A DNA stretch of 64,000 nucleotides, from contig CAJINV010000005.1 in NCBI GenBank assembly GCA_905178155.1, positions 5,126,256 to 5,190,255 on the forward strand, read 5' to 3'. This document shows, piece by piece, positions 25,501 through 36,160 of this stretch (the stretch's first letter is position 1; each line of letters opens with the position of its first letter). Made by a program: the position numbers and the translations under genes. Under the pieces are notes generated by a model. It did not search any database. It was given only the letters and a program-made list of their open reading frames with translations, and had not been told where the DNA came from. The DNA is from Amoebophrya sp. A120. Lineage: Eukaryota > Protista > Dinoflagellata.

Positions 25501-28500
25501 GCAGCGGAACAAAGCGCGAGAGAAGCAACTTTTGAAGATCCAGAAAGAAGCCGTGTTATGCATTGCAAAAGTATCGTACTCGTATAAATGCAGATCTTGC
25601 ATAACAAATCTTGTTCCCAAGGCAAAGGCGCATTGCAAATTTTATTTTTCATGCTGAGGAAATTTGTGATGCATTTATACGAGTGCGATGCTTTTGCAAT
25701 TTATACGTGTGGGTGCTCAGCAATATTGCGGCCGGGTCGCCGCATCAAGTGAAATTGTTGGTCGAGCCTTTGTATCAAATGCAAAAATGTCTCGGTCTGG
25801 AACAAGGCAACTTGTCATGCTAAATCTGAATGATGTAAAAATTTGTGTTGCGTGATGACCAAAAGATGTCCACTTTTTATCTAATCGAGAGGCAGTTTCT
25901 CATGCAGGATAGGCATGATGGAACTCTCACAGAATCTGTCATGCTATGTCCTACATGCCAGACCTAATGGATCATGGAAAACCTGCATGACAACCCTGGC
26001 ACTTTTCCAGACCCAGACATATTTGCATTTGATACTTTGAAGATGCTCCCGCAGTTGTGTCGCTGCCGTTGTCCGGAGACGGGGAAAGTTTACATGCAGG
26101 ACGTTTTCGACGTGATCAAAGACGACTTCATTCTGCCGGGCTTGAAACCGAGGGTGCTCATGCAGGAAGCGGGCTACGTGTTCGCGAACGCGGTGTGTTC
26201 TGCCGCGGCGAATAACATCCTGGTTTGCATTCCCACCGACTACTCCGCTTTCAACCAGCAAAAGGAAGATCACAATTTTGATCATTTGCAAGAACCTCCT
26301 TTCAATGGTGCGGGAAGAAATAGCTGTAACTACAACATGTCCAACATTCATTCGGGCAGAACCTCTACAACAATAGAACCACAGGAGGTCGTCGTGCATC
26401 AAGGTCAACATCATCATCAAAACTTCCTTCCCGACAGGAGCACCACGACGACCTCTTCGACCTCGATGCTTGTTGTTTCCTCGCCGGTGGAAGTTGTAGA
26501 TGACTACAAACAGGGTAGAACTTCGACGACCTCAACCTCCTCGCTGTCCAGCACGAAAACCACGAGCAAGAGAGAGGTCCCGCTGATCGAAACGCTGATC
26601 TTCAAAAAGGACTGCTACCGACTGATCTCGCTGGTGCTGAAGGGCGAAATCAAAGCGAACCGCAGCACCGGGTCGGAGCGCCTGATTCAGGCTTGCTTGG
26701 ACGCGATTATCAAATGCAAAAATGTTTGGGTCTCAAGGTCGTGCTGCTTTTGCATGACACAGAAGGTCTGGCATGGAAGCTCTAGCATCACAGGTTTCGA
26801 GAAGCTTCCGCAATGCCGAATCCGCATGACAAATCCCCCACTGTGGTGACAGAAAGTGGGCAGCTTTTGCTGCCTATGCATGAGGGATTTTTCTGTGTTC
26901 TGAAATGCGCAGCACAAGTTTGTATTCTCCCAGACCCAGGCACATTTGCAATCCATAGCGATTATGGAGGGGCTGAAATGGGACGACTTGACAAGGCAGT
27001 TGGGGGAGGGCAAAGAAGATGAAATGAGCGCTGCAAAAATCACCGGGGGTAGAAACTACAAGTCCGTGAAGCAGATAATCGAGGAGAACGGTTTGATCGT
27101 ATCAAAATGAAAAATCCCCCCTTCCCATATGAAAATGAAAATCCGTGTTGCGGGATTTGTGTACACAAATCAGCTTTGTTCTGCAGTAGAGGAGTACAGG
27201 CAGATACAAAGCCTGGAGAGGGGCGCTTTCTGGAGGTGGCCGCTTCGCACCATGGCAGACGTCTGCCCTGTAGGCGCAATAGCGCCTAAAAATGCGGAAG
27301 GAGGCTCTGGCTTTGCTCTCTTGCAAGACAGAACCTAGCTGTGGCCGCAAATCTGCATGACAAATTTTCAGAAGGGTGCGCTTTCGATATGGGGAGGGGG
27401 TTTTTTTTCTCAGAATAGATCGAGTCCGTGCTTCATAACGTCACCGACAACACGAAGGAGGAATCGGAATCTTGCCGGAAAGCCACGGCTATCAACTGCA
27501 AATATGTTTGGGGCTCCTGGAAAGTTGGAACTTGTATATGCTCGTCTGACTTTCGTGTGAGATTTGTATTGCATGACCAACAACAAAAGTCGCAGCCTCG
27601 TCTCTGGTCAGACAAAAACGCAGTTTTCCATGCGGGCTGCGTATGAGAAAGCGTTCCGGACGATGAAACTTGTCATGCTTGGCTGCGTTCGGAAGTGTTT
27701 TCATCATTCACAATTCAGCATCACAAATCTCCGGACCCAGATGACATGTTTGCATGTGATAACTGCGATTCTTCAGCGGTGGTTCTCATCCGCCTCGGGC
27801 ATGAGCGATGGGTTATGCCTTGCAAAAGTACTTTCGCAGTCGTAGTAATCGCAGCCTTGCATTACAAATCTTCGCCCCAAGGTAGATCAGCACGACAAAT
27901 TCCATTTGTCGTGCTGAGCTAACTTGTGATGCAATTACTACTGCAGATGAAGCGCGATACTTTTGCACAGGATATGGGTTCGACGAGGAGGACAATTTTC
28001 TGCTTCAAGAAGATTTCGTACGACAATGCACAACTCCCCCTCCCCCTCATTTGTCATGCAAAATACCAAATCCACCCCTTTCTCTTAAGCATTGCTTGCA
28101 TGACAGATTCCGAAAGCTGAAACAGCACCAGAATCGGTCACTAATTTGTCATGCAAAAGCTGCACTTGTGTTGCTGCTTATGGCCTTCAAATGAGCGGGA
28201 GGGGGTGTTGTGCACTCTCATATTTCGAAAACGCCATTGCCAGCAGCTTGTTCGATACTGCCATGGGAACATCCAACAGAAGCATTGCTGCAGCTTCTTG
28301 TGAGGAACGAGTAGAAAACGACACGATCAAGATGACCGGGGGGATTTTTGGAGGTGGCTCATCAACATCTCACCCGCCTCCGATGGCGATGGCGACGGGG
28401 CAAGAAAATTTTGTCTTCGATTTTACCGAGGGACGGAGCACTACTGGGAACAATCCGGGAAGTTGTGGAGCGAATTTCAACAAAGCAGGACAACAAGTTC

Positions 28501-28565
28501 TTGTAAAAGACGACCCGTTTGCGCTTTCCCGGCAGCATTTCTCGTTCGGGAGCGGGACGACCTGA
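19566..28565 (+). CDS. KPNA: Importin subunit alpha (karyopherin alpha), ~1218 aa with low-complexity insertions; 19 introners and 3 GT-AG introns
   Basis: IBB domain (RRRAFK..VRRKREDEEVQLRK..LLQKKRR), RKRLSRPENPPIQE, FELAWTLTNIASG, EQAIWALGNIAGDG, WLMSNLCRGKPSPPF, WGLSYL, PALRVIGNL, KEAVWVLSNIAAG. GT-AG introns at 22618-23398, 23757-23908, 24405-24677. Spliced length 3657 nt. Confidence 0.92.
19623..19838. mobile_element. Introner family D (absent from paralog at ~34753)
   Basis: TATGACAGTGCACAAC...GTTGTGCACTGTCATA; DR ACTTG. Confidence 0.95.
20347..20619. mobile_element. Introner family A
   Basis: TIR; DR CTGCA. Confidence 0.88.
20664..20877. mobile_element. Introner family D
   Basis: TIR; DR AAAAT; opposite orientation to 19623. 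Confidence 0.88.
21144..21399. mobile_element. Introner family A
   Basis: TIR; DR CGACA. Confidence 0.88.
21486..21768. mobile_element. Introner family B
   Basis: TIR; DR CGGCG/CGGCT. Confidence 0.9.
22045..22294. mobile_element. Introner family H, degenerate
   Basis: TAGGCAGGAGAAGAACTGTG / CACAGTTTTTTTCTTGCATA; DR decayed (TGGCC/TAATC); joins FELA/WTLTN. Confidence 0.8.
22624..22902. mobile_element. Introner family B nested in a canonical intron
   Basis: TIR; DR TAGAA; 6 nt downstream of the GT donor. Confidence 0.92.
23144..23394. mobile_element. Introner family A inserted at the AG acceptor
   Basis: TIR; DR ACAGC. Confidence 0.92.
23466..23666. mobile_element. Highly degenerate introner
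   Basis: TATGGATAGG / CCCATTTCATA; removal plus 5 nt restores VVGRN(L/F)DHDMTIDSMWGLSY. Confidence 0.65.
24016..24267. mobile_element. Introner family A
   Basis: TIR; DR CCGAA. Confidence 0.9.
24752..25020. mobile_element. Introner family A variant
   Basis: TATGCATTGCAAATATCCCTG / CAGGGATATTTGCAATCCATA; DR TGATA. Confidence 0.9.
25050..25271. mobile_element. Introner family H
   Basis: TIR; DR GCGGA. Confidence 0.85.
25557..25705. mobile_element. Introner family C
   Basis: TIR; DR CGTGT; joins KEAV/WVLSN. Confidence 0.92.
25773..26034. mobile_element. Introner family A
   Basis: TIR; DR CTTTG. Confidence 0.9.
26708..26957. mobile_element. Introner family A
   Basis: TIR; DR GCGAT. Confidence 0.88.
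27100..27417. mobile_element. Introner family F
   Basis: TIR; DR GATCG. Confidence 0.88.
27490..27761. mobile_element. Introner family A
   Basis: TIR; DR ACGGC/ACTGC. Confidence 0.85.
27814..27974. mobile_element. Introner family C
   Basis: TIR; DR TGGGT. Confidence 0.85.
28019..28222. mobile_element. Introner family D
   Basis: TIR; DR TTTCG. Confidence 0.88.
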
Positions 28566-30077
28566 GAAAACTTTATTTATCCGACGACTAGCATCAGCGT
28601 TCAAGAAGCTAGATCTGGAATGTGAATGAGTTTCAATTTCTGCGAAAGGTGGAGGCTCTGGGTTTTATGTACTTTTTACCTCAATAAACTACAACGCGAT
28701 AATATTCGAAGAATGAAAAATTTTGCATTTCCAACATCCAGAGGACAAACAATGCCAATTAAGTTTAAGAATACTAAGTAGTAGCATGATGCGGCCGTCG
28801 TGGTGGCTTTGGCTTTTGCTCTTCCGAGAAAGGTTTTGCCGAAATAAACGAATCTTCGAGCGGGGCCACTGTATGCAGGCCACTGCTTATGGTCCACGTG
28901 CAGACTACTTAGTTCGTCATGCAGACTTGACCGCTGCATGCAGATCGATCATTGTACACATGCAGTCCTAAAAATTGACATCTTCTGTTTCAAACTAAAT
29001 CCTTTGTTTGCTTAGAAAGGAAATGAAACTCAAGAGAAGAAAAAGGAGAGTGCTTAGTAGGTGGATGAATCTCCTGCTCTGCACCATTTCTGCCCGGAAT
29101 CTGTCAGCGACTTTTCGCGACGACTAGAAATTTCAAGCTCGACGAGCAGGAAACGAACCGAAATTTTAGCATGACTTTACGCTTCTATAATCAGTTGAAG
29201 GAAGGTTTTATCGGGGAGGTCCCTTTCGTTCTAAAAAACGAAAAAAAGATTATGCTTTTACTTGTTGAAGAGTTCAAGAACATCGAAAGTTACGTCGAAG
29301 CATTTTGTAGGTCCTGCAGTACGTAGACGTAGTTCATCTTTGAACTTACGTGAATAGATGGTCCTCGTCTCCGACTTCTTCGTAGATCTAGATGGCATGG
29401 TTCACTCGGTAACTAGTCTAGACCGTGGCCGTGGGTTTTGTGTTATTTGTCTAGATCGTAGACATCGTCACCCAGTACCTCAAAGATGAAGTTCTCTCGT
29501 CCACTGTTGGCTCCGTGCATGGCCGCTCGTGTAGTTGTCCGGCAAGATTTCGTGGGAACATCCGATCAGGAAGGAAAGTCGAACTAGTACATCATCAACC
29601 AAGTTCGTCATCGTATGCCAAAAATCACCACAGATGAAGTGGTGATCTATTACTCAGTACTTCGTTTATGTCGTAAAAATCTTCCGCACTTCAAGAAAAT
29701 GAAAATCGTGCTGCCCGTCGTCGTCGTGATGAAAGACCCCGGCGGCGTATTTACTATTTCCAAGCTGTGGAATGTAGTTCTTCTTCTTTACGCCTCAAAT
29801 CAACAAGACCTACAACCAGTTGCAACCGTTTTTTTTTTGACATCTGACTTCCTTGAAAGAAGGGTGGAAGAATTGTTGTCTTCACGCTAAAAAGCTTATT
29901 AAGCTTTTCAACATCATCAAGATCAATTGCGATCGAGAGATCTGCACACTGAGTACTGTACTTACTTACCACATCAAGTGGGCGGGGTAGAAGTAAACAA
30001 GAAGAAGTGTAGACTCGAGCTCGTACAACTACCAATCGCCTTGTTGTGCTGGAAGATTGTACAACGACAGCAAGAAA

Positions 30078-33000
30078 ATGAAACTCGCCAACAAGAATAT
30101 GAAAGCTACCTTCTTCCTCGCCGTGGCTCCGTTTGGCGAGAAGTCGGGGACGAAGATGATGATGCAGATCGTTTCCGCCGTGGAGCAGGGTAAGAAGAAG
30201 AACACTAATGGTCCGGGTCGTGCTGGTAAAAAAGCTGCTGTGCCGGTCGTCGCGCCCGGAGGAGCTTCTGGCGGCCGTGGCGCGACCACGACTATGGCGT
30301 TCTCACCTGTTACATTCTCAACTGTTACATGGGTTTATGATGCAAGAATGGCAAAAGTCAAAGCAGGGAGGTTGCAGCTGTAGCATTACAAATTCCGCAC
30401 AGATTTAGGCGCTGTTTAGCCTTTCCAAAATTTGTCATGCGAAGACGCTTCACCTTGTGAGTGTTGATGTTCGTTTTGCATTGCAAATCATGTAACAGTT
30501 GAGAATGTAACAGTTGAGAACGCCATAACGACGCACCTGTGGGTCGGGAGCGAGTTGGCCGGGACTGCCCAGTACGAGAGTTGGAAAAGCATCGGTGACT
30601 AGTAGAAATTTTTGCATTTATAAAAAATAGTACAACAAAAATCAAATATGCTTGTTGCTCACCAGCAAAAAAAATTTCTACGTAAGATTCGTTATGCGGA
30701 TCTGACCTGGAGGAAAGAGGAAGATTTCGATTTGTCATGCATAAATAGCAGTACGAATACGACTACGAGTGTGCGATACTTTTTCACAGGATACAAAGGG
30801 ATTCCTGCAGGTCGACCGTGCGACTGCGGCGGAGATGAAGCGGGTTGGCGATGACGACGACGACGACAACCCGACGGAGAAGGTAGCACCTAATTCATTC
30901 CCAACCTAGCCATCGCATTTTTCGAGACACCAAATTGAAATTCTAAGCATCACAAATAGGACTAGGTCGCGCAGACCAGCGCGAACAGCGTGAGGGCCGG
31001 AATGGGTCAACCACCTCTGTGGCCTCATTTTTGTTCTCCCATGGCCAGCGGCCCCTGCCTACAAAAATGGTCTACGCCGTGGGATTGCAGGAACGAGGCA
31101 TGCAGGCTACACAACCTGGTAAAGAAGTCGAAGATGGCGCGCGCGCATGCTAGAGAAGCATGCGCGGCTTACTGCTCACCTCTTTTTTATGTTCACACAC
31201 TACAAAGGCACATCCTGACGTCTATGACGCGAATATGTAGAATCTAGCGGGCTCGCAGCCCCTCTCTCCGGCGACGTGGTGGCCGAGCAAGCTATGTGAG
31301 GGCACACGCCTCCCGTAGCGAGCCGTTACGCTAGCGACCTCTGCTGGGGAGGGTCCGGGGGGATTTGTTGCAGCCTGTGTTGCGTCCGGCGCTGTTACCT
31401 CTCGGCGCAGTGCTGGAGCACGGTTCGACCCACGTCTGTGGGCGCAGAGTGCGACGTCCCGCAGCCACCTCTGTGGCGCGGGCGTTGCGGTGCGGTCCCT
31501 GTTGCGCGCCCCGCGACTGTATGTAGCTGTACATAGGACGCTGCGACGAAGCAGCGCGGGTACACTTTTATACAGAAGCCTTGTCCGCCACTGAGAAGGG
31601 TGCGGCCCTTTGTTGTTGAGAACATAGATACGGACTAGAGCTACGACCCCATGCGCCCGCAGAGCTGCGGGGATTTGGGAAGGAGTTTGCGTTCGCCTCA
31701 GTATGATAACCAAAATGCTACCCAAATCACATCAACATGAATCAGGTACCAACAGGGCGGAAGCGGGTTGGCGATGACGACGACGACGACAACCCGACGG
31801 AGACGAGGGGAGCCGTTGCATATGAAATATCAAATGGAAATATGTCTTGGTCTGGAAGGTCGCAACTTGTCATGCTGTTTTTGGATTCTAAAAAAATTAG
31901 TATTGCATGACCAGCAAGAAAGGTCCAGTTTGTGCTACGCGGAGAGGGCATTTCTCATGCGGAAAGCGCATCAGGAAGCCCTCTAAAAGTCTGTGGTGCT
32001 AGGTCATGCATTACAGGCATCAGGGGTCATGAGAAATATGCGTGACAAGTCTTGCATTGTTCCAGACCCAGACATATTTGCATTTGATATGAACCCAAAG
32101 CCGTGACGGACTGGGCGCAGGAGTGTGAGGAATTGAATGCGGAGTGGAAAGAACAAGCGGGACAATGTCCTCCTGATACCGCGTCAAAAGTAGTACTCGC
32201 ACACATGATCGAGAAGGACTGTCCTCATGTGAGTCCCGACGTCAACAAGTGGCCGAAAATGCTTGGCCTCGAAAAAACCGACGCGACCGAAAAATGTTAC
32301 CGCCTTCTCGAAGGTTACTCTCAGTTCTCGACTCTCATCCGCGGCGTCTTCAATATGGGACTCTCAAACGTTACACTCTCAAGTGTTTGATACATGACTT
32401 GTCATGCAAAGTTAGATGTGCCATAGATAATGATAACCCTAACCCTAAGCCGCCAGACGATCTTCAAGCTGCTTCGCATGACAAATTCTCGAAGGGCTAA
32501 ACAGCGTCTAAATCTGTGTCAAATGATGTGCGTCGCGAGAGCTGCAAGCATGTCCCTTAATATCTCACTGGTGCCTGCACCTGCTGTTGTTGCGTGACGA
32601 AAACAAATGGATCGAACAGTTGGGACTGTAACGTTTGAGAGCTCTTGTCCCATACTCTAAGGCGGCATGTTGTTGAGCGCAGATACTTATGCATTGCAAA
32701 AGTATCGCACTCGTATAAATGCATTACAAATTTCCTCAGCATGAGAATTTGCAATGCTGATTTACCTGAAGCTGAAGAAAAAGACTTGTAATGCATGATT
32801 GCAATACGAGCGCGATACTTTTGCACAGGATAATACCAAGCTCATCCGCAACGTGACCGGCGACTCCGCCCCTTCCCCGGATCTGAGCGCTTGGGACGCT
32901 ATCGCGAAACACAAATCGGTGATCGACATGATCGAGGCCAAGAAAGAAATGTACCAGCTGTACATCGACCACTGGAAATTATGCCGTGTAAAAACATTTA

Positions 33001-33424
33001 AGTTTAACATTGCCACCCCAGAGTTGTCATACACGTCTGCAAGCCTCAGAGTCAGACGTTTCTCATGCGCAACCCCATGAGGAGCACTCTGTAATGCTGT
33101 CTGGCAGTTTGTCATGCTAGAATCAGGATCATGCCGCTACAATTATGTTGGCTAAAAAACGCGAGTTGTACACTCTGAGCCCAAAATTGTCATGCGCGAC
33201 AGCCAAAAGATGCTAGTTTATGTAGTAAAGTCACCATGATCTTGAGGACTATGGGGTGGGGACGTTTTTGCTCAGGATAGAAATGCGCGGAGCTGGGAAA
33301 CGGCTGGCCGAAGGCCGAGGACTTTGTGGAAGACATCAATTTTCCCAGCAGCGAAATCGGCCAGGCCTGGGAAAAATACGTTGCCGATGCCGTGGCGGGT
33401 CTCGACAATTATTTTACCAACTAA
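30078..33424 (+). CDS. Hypothetical protein (~340 aa), 6 introners plus one 863-nt GT-AG intron
   Basis: Frame restored across 30293, ~30600, 30883-31745 (GT-AG), 31828, 32354, 32688 and 32980 to TAA 33422-33424. Start and the ~30600 junction are uncertain. Confidence 0.6.
30293..30527. mobile_element. Introner family G
   Basis: TATGGCGTTCTCA...TGAGAACGCCATA; DR ACGAC. Confidence 0.92.
30600..30793. mobile_element. Degenerate family C introner
   Basis: Right TIR CGATACTTTTTCACAGGATA intact, left end decayed; left boundary inferred from frame. Confidence 0.5.
31828..32089. mobile_element. Introner family A
   Basis: TIR; DR TGAAA/TGAAC. Confidence 0.9.
32354..32654. mobile_element. Introner family G
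   Basis: TIR; DR decayed (TTCAA/CTCTA); frame restored. Confidence 0.8.
32688..32832. mobile_element. Introner family C
   Basis: TIR; DR ATACT/ATACC. Confidence 0.9.
32980..33279. mobile_element. Introner family B
   Basis: TIR; DR GAAAT. Confidence 0.88.
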
Positions 33425-33960
33425 ACATGTTGTTGAACTTAAACTTATTTACTTTTTTCGCTTCAGAATCAATCTTTCTCGCGATCTATTCCACCTCCGG
33501 TTTCAAGAGTACACTTTTTTTGTTTTTGTTTACAGCTGCACATGTTGTTTCAATTTAATATTTCATTTCATACATGTATGTCAATCACCAGTTGGGTATT
33601 ACTCATTTATTCATTCACTCGTCCACATGACAGCGATGCCTTTTGGTATTTATTGGGAAAACGAAAAGAATCTTACTCATCCACCATAATCCGCAAGATA
33701 GAAGCACAAGAACCTGACAACTCCAAAAATGTAAATGTTAGTGCCTGTAGCTGTGCCGACGTACTTTCTTGCGACGGAGAGGGAGAGCTAGTACTTAGCA
33801 GTGTAAGAACTGCAACTGCCGTCAGCTTTCTCTCTCCTGTCGCAGCAGATTAAAGTGCTGTCCAGCCGTTGTACTAACAGAGTCGCGTATGTTGATACTG
33901 CAGTGGTTCTTTTTACAATTCACAGATCAAAGCTGCGTCTTCCCGCTCCAGCAGGAGAAC

Positions 33961-35489
33961 AACAATAACGGCACACCAGTTACAAGAAGTTATTCGAACT
34001 TTTATCGCATATAATTGCCGCTTGAGGATCGTCTTGTTTCAGGCAGGAATCTTGTCCCGCGGAGCTGTGGTGGTTCACGCGTACATTCTTTCCACACGAA
34101 AAATTGTTCCACATTCATCTTTCCACATCTTGGTTCGATGGCGCTTTCCGCCTTTCAATCACTGTGCTGTAGATCATTATGTTGCTCCTGTCACGGAGGC
34201 GGAATAGCAAGAAGTCCTCGGGATCTTCTATGAAAAAAACGAAAAGTTTTCACCTCCCGTCGCTCTTGCTGCTGGATCTTCCCTGCGATAGTACTGATCG
34301 AAGCATATTAGAGTTCTTGTTGAAATGAATTCTTTGGTTAGAAATACCGCTTGATGCTGTTGTGCTTTTCGTTTCTGATTGGATTTTTTGGATCATACAC
34401 TAATAGCGTTTACTGATAGGTTACCTGTTTTCTGTAGTCGAAGAAAGAACTTGATAAGGGCAGTTCCTTCTCCTGCGGGCGCCGGTTTTGCGTAGCCTTC
34501 GTTTCGAGGTGGATTGCGCAAGAAGTGCTGGAAGCATTCACCCTCGTCATATGTTTTCCATGATGGCAGTTCGTGGTTAGTATGAAAATGTGTACAACGG
34601 TCATGAGCCATAGATAATAAATAGCATCGATCGTGGTCCAGCATGAGCAATTAGAAGTGCGTTGAGTATACAAATTACCTTCGGCAAGTAGATGTAAAAG
34701 ATGAAGACCATGGATTTCGAGTCGCGGCGGCGCGCGTTCAAGCAGACGCAGGATTTGAACGACGTGCGACGAAAGCGTGAAGACGAGGAAGTGCAGCTGC
34801 GGAAAACGGAAAAGGAGGTCCTGCTGCAGAAAAAGCGCCGGGATTGCCGCAGCGATGGTTGTAGTACTGCACCAGCAGCTCCGGCGTCCACCTCGACTTC
34901 CGCTGCAGCATCCGCTTCCTCTTCCACCACGGAAAGCATGGGTAGTACTTCTACCCACGGTAATTATAACAGCGCGGCAAGTAGGACAACCTCTAACAAC
35001 AGTTGTGCCAGTGCTACCAACTACACGGCTCAGAAGATTTTAGGGCAGAGGAACACGCTGCTTTCGACAACCGACGAAGAGCATAGCTCGGGAGCGATGA
35101 ATTCAAAAATGAGTCTGAATCTGAATGCAAGTGCAAGTACGCATCTTCAACTGCAGTCGACAGATCAACATGGTGCAGCTGTTGGCAATAATATTAACTC
35201 GCCTTGTGTGTTCCGTGACCATCATGATCATGGCCCGCCAGAAGACTGCTCCCCATTACTGCATATACACTGCAAGAGATATAATGTCTGGATTTGGAAG
35301 GTTGCAACTTGTCATGCTAAATCTGGATCGTGCCAAAAATATGTGTTGCATGATTACCAAAAGATGTCCACTTTCGGACAAGTTCAGAGGCAGTTTGTCA
35401 TGCAGGATAAGTAGGGATGATAGCGGTTTCACAGAATCTGCCATGCTAGGTCCTACATGCCAGACCTCATGGGTCATGGAAAATCTGCA
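33961..35489 (+). repeat. Diverged segmental duplicate of 18074-20571 with a ~750-bp deletion
   Basis: Colinear homology to the GT gene 3' end, the intergenic region and the importin 5' end; 18275-19024 is missing. Confidence 0.9.
34701..35489 (+). pseudogene. Truncated importin alpha paralog (IBB domain only)
   Basis: MKTMDFESRRRAFKQTQDLNDVRRKRED..., broken inside its copy of the 20347 introner (35264-35489); unspliced ORF runs to 35414. Confidence 0.85.
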
Positions 35490-36160
35490 TGGAATAAAGT
35501 GTCCAGCCGTTGTACTAACAGAGTCGCGTATGTTGATACGACTCGGGATTTTGATGTGCTACTTGTGCAAGGACGCGGGCAAAATTTCGCCCCGGATTTT
35601 TGAACATCTTGAAGATTTGGATGGTTGGGTAAGACCAAAAAAAAATTTCTTCCTCGGAGGACGACCTCTTGCATTTCTCAAGGAGGATGCAAGTGGCACG
35701 GTGAAAAATGTCGATTTTCAGAAATTTTTCTGTTGTTCACAGTTTGTCGTGCTTCCTGTGTATTGTTTCACAGACGGTTCAATTAGTTTTAGTGTTACAA
35801 CTACCGTGTACTTACCTTGTACTTTTTTTTGTTTTTCTACTCTGGCAGCTGAGGACGCGCTAGTAGTAAGTTCTCTCGCAGGTGCACCTCCTTGTTTTTC
35901 GACGGTCGTGCGAAATTTCTCTCACTTCGGTACAGGTTTCTATTTTAAGAAGCGCACACGTCATTCTATCTTTCTGCGCCCTCCCGTCGTTTTATGATTT
36001 ATTAATACAAATTTGTCACATCGATAGATTTTTGCTACGAGGTTTTTTCTTCATCTTCACCCAAGTTAGAAGACTACTGTCGTTTTGATTCTGTAATAGT
36101 GCAACTGCAACAAATAGTACGTAGGTAAATTTTCTGAATCAGCAACAGCAACGACACGAG

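Noticed and set aside
19566-28565. Importin as a TE-riddled pseudogene, or needing an alternative genetic code
   Set aside because: All exons join in frame with conserved ARM motifs and no in-exon stops under the standard code.
33891-33909. 18/19-nt match to 20613-20631 as a template-switch footprint
   Set aside because: The match is short, and the adjoining bases also align loosely to 18022-18073, so coincidence cannot be excluded.
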